Shown here: positions 1 through 8,977 of the stretch, piece after piece
How the letters are laid out: the number at the start of each line of letters is the position of its first letter
Numbering within the stretch: position 1 is the stretch's first letter
DNA from: an uncultured archaeon
GTDB taxonomy: Archaea; Asgardarchaeota; Thorarchaeia; Thorarchaeales; Thorarchaeaceae
Assembly: GCA_964631415.1 (NCBI GenBank)
Contig: CAZVZC010000001.1
Coordinates: 100,638-164,637, forward strand
DNA: 64,000 nucleotides
Direction: 5' to 3'
Notes under the pieces: generated by a model
What the model was told of the DNA's origin: nothing
Seen by the model: the letters and a program-made list of their open reading frames with translations, nothing else
Databases searched by the model: none
Made by a program: the position numbers and the translations under genes

Positions 1-15
1 AAGCGTGGGGTAGGA

Positions 16-354
16 ATGCTAAATGCACAATTGACAGCAGCGGGGATTCTACAGTTGGTTAGCCAAGACAAGCTCCGGTCGATTCTCTCTAAGATCAAGG
101 CGCAAGGAGGAGTCCGAGGAGTTGTGGTCACAAATATGGAGGGCTTGCCACTTAGCAGCGATCTAGACCCCGAAACGACTGAAGCTGTCGCCGCCATCAT
201 AACCTCCCTCGTGGGCAAGGCACTTGATGCAGTGAGAGAACTCCGAGAGGGGTCTCTGTCATTCCTGACCCTCGACACATCTAAGGGTCAGATTAACATA
301 GCACCCGATGTGAAAGAGGGGTTAATACTAGTAGTCCTGAAGAAACCGAGCTGA
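16..354 (+). CDS. Roadblock/LC7 (MglB-like) domain protein
   Basis: GVRGVVVTNMEGLPLSS...EAVAAIITSL...GQINIAP pattern typical of Roadblock; the true start may be TTG at 55. Confidence 0.85.
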   Translation: MLNAQLTAAGILQLVSQDKLRSILSKIKAQGGVRGVVVTNMEGLPLSSDLDPETTEAVAAIITSLVGKALDAVRELREGSLSFLTLDTSKGQINIAPDVKEGLILVVLKKPS

Positions 355-369
355 AAGGAGAACGATGAC

Positions 370-837
370 ATGAGCGATCCAAAGGTCTTCGACAAGATCC
401 TCACTGAGATCATCCGCCAAGACAAGGGCATAAAGAAGGTAATCCTTGTAGACAAGACTGGGCTGACAATCGCAAATGTCAGCAAGCTCAGCTACTTCCC
501 GATTGACACAGATTCGATAGGCGCGATTGCGAGCGCGGTGTTTTGCGCCAGCGAGGAACAGGGGAAGAACCTACAGATCGGAGAGCTTGAGATTGTTACC
601 TCTGAGTTCTCAGAAGGTAAGATATTCGCCTCTGCATGCGGCAAGGGTGTCCTGTGTGTTGTTTCCGAGTCCGAGGTGAACATTGGCCTCATCCGGCTCA
701 TCATGAAGAAGCAGGGTGTTCAGCTCGCAGAAGAGTTGGAGAAGTTCTTGGCAGTCGAACCCACAGCACCGTCAAAGGGCAAGGAGCTGGACGAAGAGGA
801 TCTGAAGTCTGCTCTGGCAGAGCTCGAAAAGGTATGA
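370..837 (+). CDS. Roadblock/LC7 (MglB-like) protein with acidic C-terminal helix
   Basis: VILVDKTGLTIA...DSIGAIASAVFCAS...NIGLIRL; MglB-like with C-terminal extension. Confidence 0.85.
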   Translation: MSDPKVFDKILTEIIRQDKGIKKVILVDKTGLTIANVSKLSYFPIDTDSIGAIASAVFCASEEQGKNLQIGELEIVTSEFSEGKIFASACGKGVLCVVSESEVNIGLIRLIMKKQGVQLAEELEKFLAVEPTAPSKGKELDEEDLKSALAELEKV

Positions 838-1084
838 GCCCGCGCTGGTCGCCGGAACTGACCTGTCAACTCAGCTCTTGTCTACTTAACGGACAAAGGC
901 TTTTATGAGAGTACAATGTTACCACAGCCAGTTACCCGATTTGGGATGCCCGGCTCGGGGACTGATACTTGGCTCTCAGAGCATGAGAATTGCCCGGTGG
1001 TACGTACTCTCACACTGGTGGTGTTTCTGCGCCACCATGGCAGGGACAGTCCACAAGAACAACATAGCACCGAGGTGTTGAAAC

Positions 1085-1648
1085 GTGCGCAAGGATGACA
1101 AGGGCAGGATTCATCTCAAGCTGGTTTTCTATGGCCCGAGCCTAGGCGGCAAGACGACTGCGCTACGTTGGCTGTACGGAAAGGTTGAGGGTCTCCAGAA
1201 GGGAGAGTTTACAGCAATCGAAGATGAAACAAACCGAACCCTGTTCTTTGACTACGTACCTATGAGCGCGGGAGGTCGTGTCCTCTTTGACGTGTTCACC
1301 GTCGCAGGACAGAAGCGACACAGGCATCAGAGGAAGGTTGTGCTCCAAGGGACTGACGGGATACTGTTCGTTGCGGACTCATCTCCCGACCAGCGAGAGG
1401 AGAATGTTGAGAGCTTCGAGGAATTGAAGCTGTTCTTAGGTGATGTATTGGGCCGTGATATTCCCATTGTAGTCATGCTGAACAAGCGTGACCTGCCCAA
1501 CAGGATGTCTCGTGATGAGATGCTTGATCTACTGGGACTCGGTGGCAACGTACCGATCTACGAAACCATCGCCGTTCAGGGCGTAGGAGTTAAGAGAGCC
1601 TTCCAGGCCATAGCACGGGAAGTCATCCTTAAGAGAATGTACAAGTGA
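1085..1648 (+). CDS. mglA: MglA-family small GTPase
   Basis: G1 GPSLGGKTT, G2 RTLFFDY, G3 TVAGQ, G4 NKRD; GTG start after GAGGTG. Confidence 0.9.
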   Translation: MRKDDKGRIHLKLVFYGPSLGGKTTALRWLYGKVEGLQKGEFTAIEDETNRTLFFDYVPMSAGGRVLFDVFTVAGQKRHRHQRKVVLQGTDGILFVADSSPDQREENVESFEELKLFLGDVLGRDIPIVVMLNKRDLPNRMSRDEMLDLLGLGGNVPIYETIAVQGVGVKRAFQAIAREVILKRMYK

Positions 1649-1658
1649 ATGCACCTAG

Positions 1659-2039
1659 GTGAGTCTGATGAGCGAGTCGCGGGGCGATACACTCGAGGGA
1701 GTCCTGAACGAGCTGCAAGGCAGTATTCCTGAGATTGAGGCCTGTGCCATAGTGAGTGTTGAGGGGCTTCCGATAGTTTCAGCCCTGCCAACCGACGTTG
1801 ATGAGGCGAAGCTCGCAGCGATAACAGCAGCGATGTTGACACTGGGTGAAAAAGCAGCGGTCGAACTGGGAAAGGGCAATCTTGAACAGGTCAATGTGAA
1901 GGGTGTCAATGGTTGGATACTTGTGATTCAGGCGGGGATGAACGCATGCCTCACAGTGTCAACCACAGCCAATGCGAAGCTTGGTCTTGTATTCCTTGAC
2001 ATGAAACGAGCTGCAGAGAAGGTAGCCCAACTCATCTGA
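1659..2039 (+). CDS. Roadblock/LC7 domain protein
   Basis: IEACAIVSVEGLPIVSALP...LAAITAAMLTLG...KLGLVFLDMKR. Confidence 0.9.
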   Translation: MSLMSESRGDTLEGVLNELQGSIPEIEACAIVSVEGLPIVSALPTDVDEAKLAAITAAMLTLGEKAAVELGKGNLEQVNVKGVNGWILVIQAGMNACLTVSTTANAKLGLVFLDMKRAAEKVAQLI

Positions 2040-2128
2040 TTCCTTGGACACCTCAGCATCAAGCCTATTAGGCCATCCAATCTCTCACCTCACAGACAGG
2101 TCGTCCCATAAACAGGTCGTGGTGTTCG

Positions 2129-2896
2129 TTGAACTTCGCCGGGCCGGTGTACAGGCTCTATGAATACTGGCTGTACAAGCAGCTGAGTAAAGAGAAGGCG
2201 CCTCGACATGTAGGCATAATACTCGACGGTAATCGTCGCTATGCTCGTGAGCATGGTTTCGACGTGCCATGGATGGGGCATCACAAGGGCGCACAGAAAG
2301 TCATGGAGGTCCTGCGGATTCTCTGGGAGGCCGGTGTTAAGGTGTGCACGCTCTATGCCTTCTCAGTTGAAAACTTCCAGAGGAGCAATGAAGAGGTCAA
2401 AGAGATAATGACAATCGCCCGGAAGAAGTTCGCTGATGTCATTGGCAACCCAGATGTTCACAAGCACAAGGTCCGTATCAAGGCCATTGGTCGGGTTGAC
2501 CTCTTGCCCCCAGAGGTAGCGGAGGCAATCCACAAGGCCGAGGCCGAAACTGAGAAGTACACTGATCATATCCTGAATGTCGCCATTGGATACTCGGGGA
2601 GAGCTGAGCTGGTAGATGCAGTCAGGGCCATCGGCCAGATGATCAAGGCCGGAGAGATATCTCCCTCTGATGTGGACGAGCAAGTGATTGAGAGTCACCT
2701 GTACACTAATGGAGTCCCGGACCCGGACCTCATAATCCGAACATCCGGCGAAGAAAGGCTCTCGGGCTTCCTTCTTTGGCAGTCTGCTTATTCAGAGCTG
2801 TACTTTGCACAGGTATACTGGCCTGCAGTGAGGCGCATTGACATCTGGCGGGCCTTGCGGTCATACGAACTACGTTCTCGCAGATTCGGCAAGTGA
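2129..2896 (+). CDS. uppS: cis-prenyltransferase (polyprenyl diphosphate synthase)
   Basis: HVGIILDGNRRYA, YAFSVENFQR, DLIIRTSGEERLSGF. Confidence 0.95.
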   Translation: MNFAGPVYRLYEYWLYKQLSKEKAPRHVGIILDGNRRYAREHGFDVPWMGHHKGAQKVMEVLRILWEAGVKVCTLYAFSVENFQRSNEEVKEIMTIARKKFADVIGNPDVHKHKVRIKAIGRVDLLPPEVAEAIHKAEAETEKYTDHILNVAIGYSGRAELVDAVRAIGQMIKAGEISPSDVDEQVIESHLYTNGVPDPDLIIRTSGEERLSGFLLWQSAYSELYFAQVYWPAVRRIDIWRALRSYELRSRRFGK

Positions 2897-3034
2897 GGCA
2901 TGTATCGCGCTGTAGAACCATTGTTCTGACTGCAGGAGCAATCGAATGACACAGTGTTTTATATGTCCCGAGTTACCCGGTGGCCAGATGAGACAACGCT
3001 CAGTGAGAGCTGACACGACTAACGAAGAGAGTGC

Positions 3035-4285
3035 ATGGCTTTGGTCAGGACTCCAATCGAAGTCTACAGAGGGCTGGTCCGGACGCATCTTGGTGACGAG
3101 TTGCCAACACACCTTAGGGCTGTCACTGATCGATTCTCAGAGGGAACATTCGCTGGTCAGAGCACATCAGGCCACTTGACGAGACTCCTGACATTGTTCT
3201 GTCGGTTCATGGCATACCTTGACTCTAGAGAAGTCGCCAACTTATCCGATCTCACTCGCGCAGTAGACTTGCTTGATTACTTCGCATCGACCTCTAAGTG
3301 GTGGTCAATAACAAGAAAGGCGCCTGGGCTAGTGCTTAGGCCGCCATCACATGACCCGCATGAATTCATGGAATCTCTTGCCGCTGTCCAGCTTGGCAAC
3401 GAAACGCTTAGTCGTATCGCTGGCTCTACCGAGAAAATGTCACAGTACCTAGAAGAGCATGGCATAGCTGAGTCACGCACTAAATCCGATTTGTGTGAGA
3501 GTTTCGCCTCAGTCTGGGCGGTCATGAGCGCAATCGTTTCGAAGAGTCAGGGACGCACTGTAACCTCAGAGAACGACTTCGAAGTGGGATATGATGTGAT
3601 TCGGGTGCTGTTGTTCTACAGCTCAGTCGATGACTTCAAGGCGTTGACTGCCATCCGAACTGTGGGCACGAACCCCAAGATGCATCGAGCTGCGGGCGTG
3701 TCCTTGGCACCCGGTTTCGAACGAAAGCTGGACTCTTCGGCGATAGCTCGACTCGAACGGCTACACGGCGAGAGTCTGTCGAAGCTCGCAGGATTGACGT
3801 CGGGAGCCGGCCGTTCCATTCTCACAAACTCCCTCCGGTTTCTTGCTCAGCAGCTGGCAGTAGAGCGGGCTTTCATGAAAGTTGAGGAGCAAAGCTATGA
3901 ATCTACGATAGCAGCAGCATTAGTTGCGCTCAGGAATGTCGGCATTCCATCTGGGCTCTTTCAGGAGGAGTCTGCAGTAGTCAGCCTCTTCAAGAGCCTC
4001 AAACCCTCAGATGATATCGGGGAGCGAATCGGTTTCCTGATGAGACGTTTCGAAGGCCTGATTGCTGACTCCGCAGGCAGTCGTGAGTTTCTGCTGCAGC
4101 ATTCTCGGCTGGTACCTCAGCTGGTTTCATTGCTGCTACTTCTCGCTTCTGGGACTAAGCCGAAGCTTGAGGGCGGGCTCCAAGATCCCGACCTAAAGAG
4201 AGGCCTGATTCTGCTTGAGCAACTGCTCAACGACTTGGGCTCTGTGTCTTCTTTGTCTCCTCAATCAGAATTCTCGCATCGATGA
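3035..4285 (+). CDS. hypothetical helical protein with about four internal repeats
   Basis: 416-aa ORF; recurring helix-turn-helix ends such as ...DLTRAVDLL, ...DFEVGYDVI, ...DLKRGLILL. Confidence 0.6.
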   Translation: MALVRTPIEVYRGLVRTHLGDELPTHLRAVTDRFSEGTFAGQSTSGHLTRLLTLFCRFMAYLDSREVANLSDLTRAVDLLDYFASTSKWWSITRKAPGLVLRPPSHDPHEFMESLAAVQLGNETLSRIAGSTEKMSQYLEEHGIAESRTKSDLCESFASVWAVMSAIVSKSQGRTVTSENDFEVGYDVIRVLLFYSSVDDFKALTAIRTVGTNPKMHRAAGVSLAPGFERKLDSSAIARLERLHGESLSKLAGLTSGAGRSILTNSLRFLAQQLAVERAFMKVEEQSYESTIAAALVALRNVGIPSGLFQEESAVVSLFKSLKPSDDIGERIGFLMRRFEGLIADSAGSREFLLQHSRLVPQLVSLLLLLASGTKPKLEGGLQDPDLKRGLILLEQLLNDLGSVSSLSPQSEFSHR

Positions 4286-5000
4286 CAAGTGCACCTTTGC
4301 CTTTCTCATAGACGAAAGTGGGGTTGCAGTCGAGTTCAACTATCTCTGGGTTCTCCTTCACCATCTTCGAAACTGCCAAGATCACATTGACCAGTGCGTC
4401 CACGTCTCGAGGAGGTTGACCGCGGACTCCCTCAAGGATCTTCGCCGCTTTAATCTCACTGACCATTTCACGTGCATCGGACTCTGACATCGGTATGAGT
4501 CTGAAGGTGACATCCTTCAGCACCTCCACGAATATGCCTCCGAGCCCAAACATCAGTGCATGACCAAACTGTGGGTCTCGCGTCACTCCAATGATGACTT
4601 CAGTGCCCATATCTGCGAAGTCAGAAATTAGCACACCACGGCTGAGATCCACTTTGACTCCTTTCTCCTTGCCATACTTCATTGCATTATCCACGATTTC
4701 CTGAAACGCCGTCTTGACTTCGCCCTCGTCTTTGAGGTTGATCTTAACACCCCCAGCATCCGACTTATGGAGGATGTCCTTGGACAGCACCTTGAGGACG
4801 ACAGGAAATCCAATCTTCTTGGCCTTGGAGGCCGCATCATCCGCTGTCGTTGCAGTGTCATAAGCAGGAATCGGAATACCATAGGCCCTCATGATATCCT
4901 TCGCTTCATTCTCTAAGATGTACGTCCGACCCTCCGCCAGGGCGGCTTCAAACACCTTCTTGGCAGTTTTCATTTGCATATCAGACCTCGTCAGTTCCAA
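4227..5000 (-). CDS. acdB: ADP-forming acyl/acetyl-CoA synthetase beta subunit (ATP-grasp)
   Basis: IGFPVVLK...ILHKSDAGGV, RDPQFG..LMFGLGGIFVEVLKDV, ELDCNP. Confidence 0.9.
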   Translation of the reverse strand: MELTRSDMQMKTAKKVFEAALAEGRTYILENEAKDIMRAYGIPIPAYDTATTADDAASKAKKIGFPVVLKVLSKDILHKSDAGGVKINLKDEGEVKTAFQEIVDNAMKYGKEKGVKVDLSRGVLISDFADMGTEVIIGVTRDPQFGHALMFGLGGIFVEVLKDVTFRLIPMSESDAREMVSEIKAAKILEGVRGQPPRDVDALVNVILAVSKMVKENPEIVELDCNPTFVYEKGKGALVIDARILIEETKKTQSPSR

Positions 5001-5131
5001 TCGGTGGCTCGTTTCCCGTTTTATTCTTTCTCAGTCCTGAAACGTTGGCTTTACACAGCGTAGTTTCAAGGAGTAGGGCCTCAGTGCTGTTCTTGGGATA
5101 ACAAGGGCTCCATTTCTCAACTTTGTACAAC

Positions 5132-6568
5132 TCATTCTGAACGGCTGAATTTCCCGCCATATCTGATTCTCCCATACTCCGCAAGTGCGCTTGCTGCGAC
5201 CGCCGCCTTCTCACCTGTTGCATAAGTAGGCGTACCCATAAGTTCCATTATTTCTCCTGCCTTCGTAGTGAATGCACCCCCCATTGAAACAACCACGAAG
5301 GGCTTTCCAGATTGGCGCTGGTAGTTCGATATCACATTCGTCACATCCATGCCCAATGAAGGCGTCTGCAACAGCATGCCAACCACGAAAATGTCGTACT
5401 CTCCACTCTTGATTGCCTCATCGAACACCGCATCATAGCGGCCAGCGTCAGTATCGCCGACGACATCGATTGGGTTGTGCCATGAGCAATAGGACGGTAG
5501 CCGCGATTTCATTTTTTCCTCCAATTCCGGGGACGGACTTGGCACCGCCAAGCCCAAGGCCTCGAGGGCGTCTGTGGTCATAACCCCCAGCCCTCCCCCA
5601 TTAGTGACCATGAGAACCCTGTTTCCTCTTGCAGGCGGTTGCATAGCAAGGGCCTTAGCCATGTCAAACATGTGCTCGAAGTTGTCTGCTCTAATCACTC
5701 CTGACTGCTTGTAAGCTGCATCAGCAATCTGGTCTAGACCTGCGAGGGCCCCTGTGTGAGAGCTGGCGGCAGCGCGTGCCCGTTTTCCCCTGCCTGACTT
5801 CACGACCAGCACTGGTTTCCGTAGTACGGTGGTTTTTGCAGTTTCGAAGAAGGTACGTCCTTTGTCTGTGTCATAGCCTTCTATGTAGAAGCAGATAACC
5901 TGTGTCGACGGATCTTCCCCTAGATAGCAGAGCAGATCATCGTCGTCCACATCACATTTGTTTCCCAGACTGATGATTTTGCTAATCCCTATCCCGAGTT
6001 CAGATGTCCAGTCAGATATGGCCGCAGCAAATGCTCCTGACTGGGATACTAGAGAAATGTTTGCTACGTTGCTGGGTTTCGGTCGTCCGCACCTGTACTC
6101 TGGCAAGAAGAACGTGTCCACACGAGTCTGGCTGTCTATCACGCCAACGCAATTGGGACCGATTATGCGTATACCGTGTGTTTTCGCTATCGCCACAATC
6201 TCGTCCTCAATCTCTGCTCCTGCAGGACCTGTTTCCGAGAACCCGCCAGAAATCACAATTGCCGCCTTCGTGCCCTTGGCCCCAATATCCTCGAACACTC
6301 TGGGCGTGATTCTTGCCGGGACTGCGACAACTACTAGGTCCACCGGGTCCGGAATCTCCTGCAGAGTCGGAAAGCAAGGCACGCCGAGGACGCTGGAGTA
6401 CTTTGGGTTGACTGCGTAGATCTTGCCTGTGTACTGTGGCTTTATGAAGTTCTGAATGATGGCCTGACCTACACTGTTAGGAGTTGCTGAGGCCCCGTAG
6501 ACAGCAACACTTCTCGCATTGAAGAAGTGGTCAATGCCGGTCGTATCTACCCCCGACAATGTCATCAC
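5132..6568 (-). CDS. acdA: ADP-forming acyl/acetyl-CoA synthetase alpha subunit
   Basis: CoA-binding SVAVYGAS, IIGPNCVG, SQSGA, phospho-His SHTGALAG, TNGGG, NPIDV. Confidence 0.92.
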   Translation of the reverse strand: MMTLSGVDTTGIDHFFNARSVAVYGASATPNSVGQAIIQNFIKPQYTGKIYAVNPKYSSVLGVPCFPTLQEIPDPVDLVVVAVPARITPRVFEDIGAKGTKAAIVISGGFSETGPAGAEIEDEIVAIAKTHGIRIIGPNCVGVIDSQTRVDTFFLPEYRCGRPKPSNVANISLVSQSGAFAAAISDWTSELGIGISKIISLGNKCDVDDDDLLCYLGEDPSTQVICFYIEGYDTDKGRTFFETAKTTVLRKPVLVVKSGRGKRARAAASSHTGALAGLDQIADAAYKQSGVIRADNFEHMFDMAKALAMQPPARGNRVLMVTNGGGLGVMTTDALEALGLAVPSPSPELEEKMKSRLPSYCSWHNPIDVVGDTDAGRYDAVFDEAIKSGEYDIFVVGMLLQTPSLGMDVTNVISNYQRQSGKPFVVVSMGGAFTTKAGEIMELMGTPTYATGEKAAVAASALAEYGRIRYGGKFSRSE

Positions 6569-6878
6569 CCAGACAGATGTTACGTTCTCTGCGGCTGCGA
6601 CAAATGTGCCTGTCAGTTATACTTGTGGGTGCGGAAAAGCCGCCGGGGGTAGAACCATCTTGTGGTCTCTCAAACACGGCCTCAGACGGCTCTTGACCCA
6701 TTCATTCTCCGAGGTGGGTCGAACGCGCATTGTCCTCAAGGAGCTCGGCTTAGTTCCCTTTCTGGTAGGGCAGCTACTCTTGTGTCCAACTTCACTCAAG
6801 CGATAATATACTGTCAGCATTCCAAGACGCATCACAAGCCTAATAGCACATGAGAGATTTCCGACCCCGGAAAGCTCC

Positions 6879-7901
6879 ATGACCTTCTCAATTCTCAGGG
6901 ACGGCCCTGACATACTGAATGCACCCGTAGAAGAGGCGGACCAGGCCGCGACAGAGGGGTTTGAGAGGAGAGTACAACACTTCGGTAGCAGTCTGCTGTG
7001 CTACAGTCCCACATCATATCCATACAGAATCAGAGATCACAGGCAGACAACCCCTACGAATTTCATATCGCTGAGCGTCACAGGCAGAGCCTGTTCCCTG
7101 AACTGCGCTCACTGTAACGGACGTCTTCTTAGAGGAATGGAACCAGTGCTCACCCCAGAGGCCCTCGTCAAAAGATGCAAGGAAATCAAAGCGCAAGGTG
7201 CTGAGGGCGTGCTCATCAGTGGTGGGTCTGACACTGAGGGTCATGTTCCACTCGCTCGTTTTGCTGAAGAGATCTCAACCATCAAGAAGGAGATTGGACT
7301 GAAGGTCGTCGTTCATACAGGTCTTGTGGATGACGACACTGCTAGGATTCTGGCCAAGGCGCAGGTAGATGCAGCGATGCTCGATGTGGTAGGTGACGAG
7401 CGTATAGCCAGAGAGGTATACCACATTGAGAGCGGTCCCGCCAAGATGGACAAGTCACTTGAAGCCCTAGCAAGGAACGGTGTTCCTACCGTGCCACACG
7501 TCCTTGTCGGCCTCAACTACGGACAACTCGGCGGCGAGCTTGAAGCGTTGCACTTGATCTCCAGGAGGGCCCCTGCTGCTGTGGTCATCATCATTCTCAG
7601 CCCTATCAAGAAAACAGCCATGGAGGGCGTCAAGCCGCCGGCACCTGCCATTGTCGGCCGTTTCATGACCATAGCTCGGCTCGGGCTGGAGAGAACTCCT
7701 CTCTTGCTGGGCTGTGCCCGACCTATTGGAAAACACAAGATTGAGTCCGACAGGTTCGCTGTCAAGAGTGGCATGAACGGAATCGCGTACATCAGCCAAG
7801 AAGGAGTCGACCTTGCCAGAAGCATGGGCCTGAAGCCCGTGTTCAGGGATGTCTGCTGCTCACTTGTACCTCATGATCTGATACAGGCATCCTCCTCATG
7901 A
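6879..7901 (+). CDS. lipS1: radical SAM protein, archaeal lipoyl synthase LipS1-like
   Basis: CSLNCAHC motif plus C-terminal GCAR and CC motifs described for LipS1. Confidence 0.7.
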   Translation: MTFSILRDGPDILNAPVEEADQAATEGFERRVQHFGSSLLCYSPTSYPYRIRDHRQTTPTNFISLSVTGRACSLNCAHCNGRLLRGMEPVLTPEALVKRCKEIKAQGAEGVLISGGSDTEGHVPLARFAEEISTIKKEIGLKVVVHTGLVDDDTARILAKAQVDAAMLDVVGDERIAREVYHIESGPAKMDKSLEALARNGVPTVPHVLVGLNYGQLGGELEALHLISRRAPAAVVIIILSPIKKTAMEGVKPPAPAIVGRFMTIARLGLERTPLLLGCARPIGKHKIESDRFAVKSGMNGIAYISQEGVDLARSMGLKPVFRDVCCSLVPHDLIQASSS

Positions 7902-8421
7902 TTCCGCCTGCCACTTCGTAGCCAAAGTCTAGAGCCCACATACCCAATGCAGTGGGAAAGAACGAGGGCCAAACCAAGGCGGAAAGCAGTACAGCACATT
8001 TCAGGGTGAAGCGGTACCTGAAGAAGAAATGTGCTCGGGAGTTCTGTTTCATGTCAGTCCAATCGTGACCCCGTTCATCGAATGCTGCTGCGAGCAGCAA
8101 TGCCATGACCAAGACTAACCAGTTGACCCAGTTGATGACATTGGGAACTCCCCTGATAGCCAGCACGGCTCCAATGAGAAGAAAACCAATCACGAACTGT
8201 GGCTTGTTGACCTTGCCTGTGAGAAGCACGCCAATGACTATCGCGGTGAGCAAGGCCAAGTCCCATTCTGAGAGGCTCATGATCACGCCAAACAGCACGC
8301 CAGATAGGGCTAAGGGAAACCAAGCGAAACCGGGCCTGTCCAGCTCATCAAGCAGATCATCGCCCATCTTCAGAGTGAGGCCTGCCAACCAGTACATGAC
8401 AAAGTAGACAATCCACCACAC
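7843..8421 (-). CDS. multi-pass membrane protein of unknown function
   Basis: About six hydrophobic segments; Asp-rich KMGDDLLDE and DERGHD loops. Confidence 0.7.
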   Translation of the reverse strand: MWWIVYFVMYWLAGLTLKMGDDLLDELDRPGFAWFPLALSGVLFGVIMSLSEWDLALLTAIVIGVLLTGKVNKPQFVIGFLLIGAVLAIRGVPNVINWVNWLVLVMALLLAAAFDERGHDWTDMKQNSRAHFFFRYRFTLKCAVLLSALVWPSFFPTALGMWALDFGYEVAGGIMRRMPVSDHEVQVSSRHP

Positions 8422-8471
8422 CCTCTATCATCTCACAAGTGCCGAGATTGGAGTGGCTCCTCAGACTCACC

Positions 8472-8529
8472 TCAGCTTAACTATGACTCATCATTGGACT
8501 TACGTCCTAGGATAGCCTTTGGTCATCAT
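8472..8529 (-). ncRNA. box C/D methylation guide sRNA
   Basis: Minus strand: C AUGAUGA, 12-nt guide, D' CUAG, hairpin GAC-GUAA-GUC, C' AUGAUGA, 12-nt guide GUCAUAGUUAAG, D CUGA; the D guide is antisense to rRNA H69 UAACUAUGAC. Confidence 0.8.
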
Positions 8530-8590
8530 TGGATAGTCCAAGGGACTCCTCCAAAGGAACTGAATATCCCGATAAAAGATGTTGTTGGAC

Positions 8591-8875
8591 TCAGAGAAGG
8601 GCCACGGGCGTACCCAATGCCTGTCCGGGTAGGTTAGTTCGGAACTTCGCACGGACCGCCCCACTGTTTCCATGCACGCCGAGCACCTTTCCAAGGAACT
8701 CGCTTCCTGATGCAGAAACCCACTTGATGTCCCGACCAACAAGGACTGCGGCTCCACTCTTTGATTCGACACCATCAAACTGCAGAATGACTTGGCCATG
8801 GTGCTGGAGGTGCTTTCCTCTACGATAGCTAATAACGACGCCCTTGCGGCCTTTCATCACATTGCTTGTAGACAT
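8591..8875 (-). CDS. rpl35ae: 50S ribosomal protein L35Ae
   Basis: GVVISYRRGKHLQ...GKVLGVHGNSGAVRAKF..NLPGQALG; start taken at ATG 8875. Confidence 0.93.
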   Translation of the reverse strand: MSTSNVMKGRKGVVISYRRGKHLQHHGQVILQFDGVESKSGAAVLVGRDIKWVSASGSEFLGKVLGVHGNSGAVRAKFRTNLPGQALGTPVALL

Positions 8876-8977
8876 GGCATCTCCTCGTATTGTGGGTTCC
8901 CGATGCTGCTCGCCAGACCACATTTAAGACTTACTGAATGATAGCAGATGGCCTCTTGGCTCCACCCCTCTGCTTGA

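Noticed and set aside
6620-6800. Possible SRP or RNase P RNA
   Set aside because: Lacks the SRP helix-8 motif and the RNase P P4 consensus
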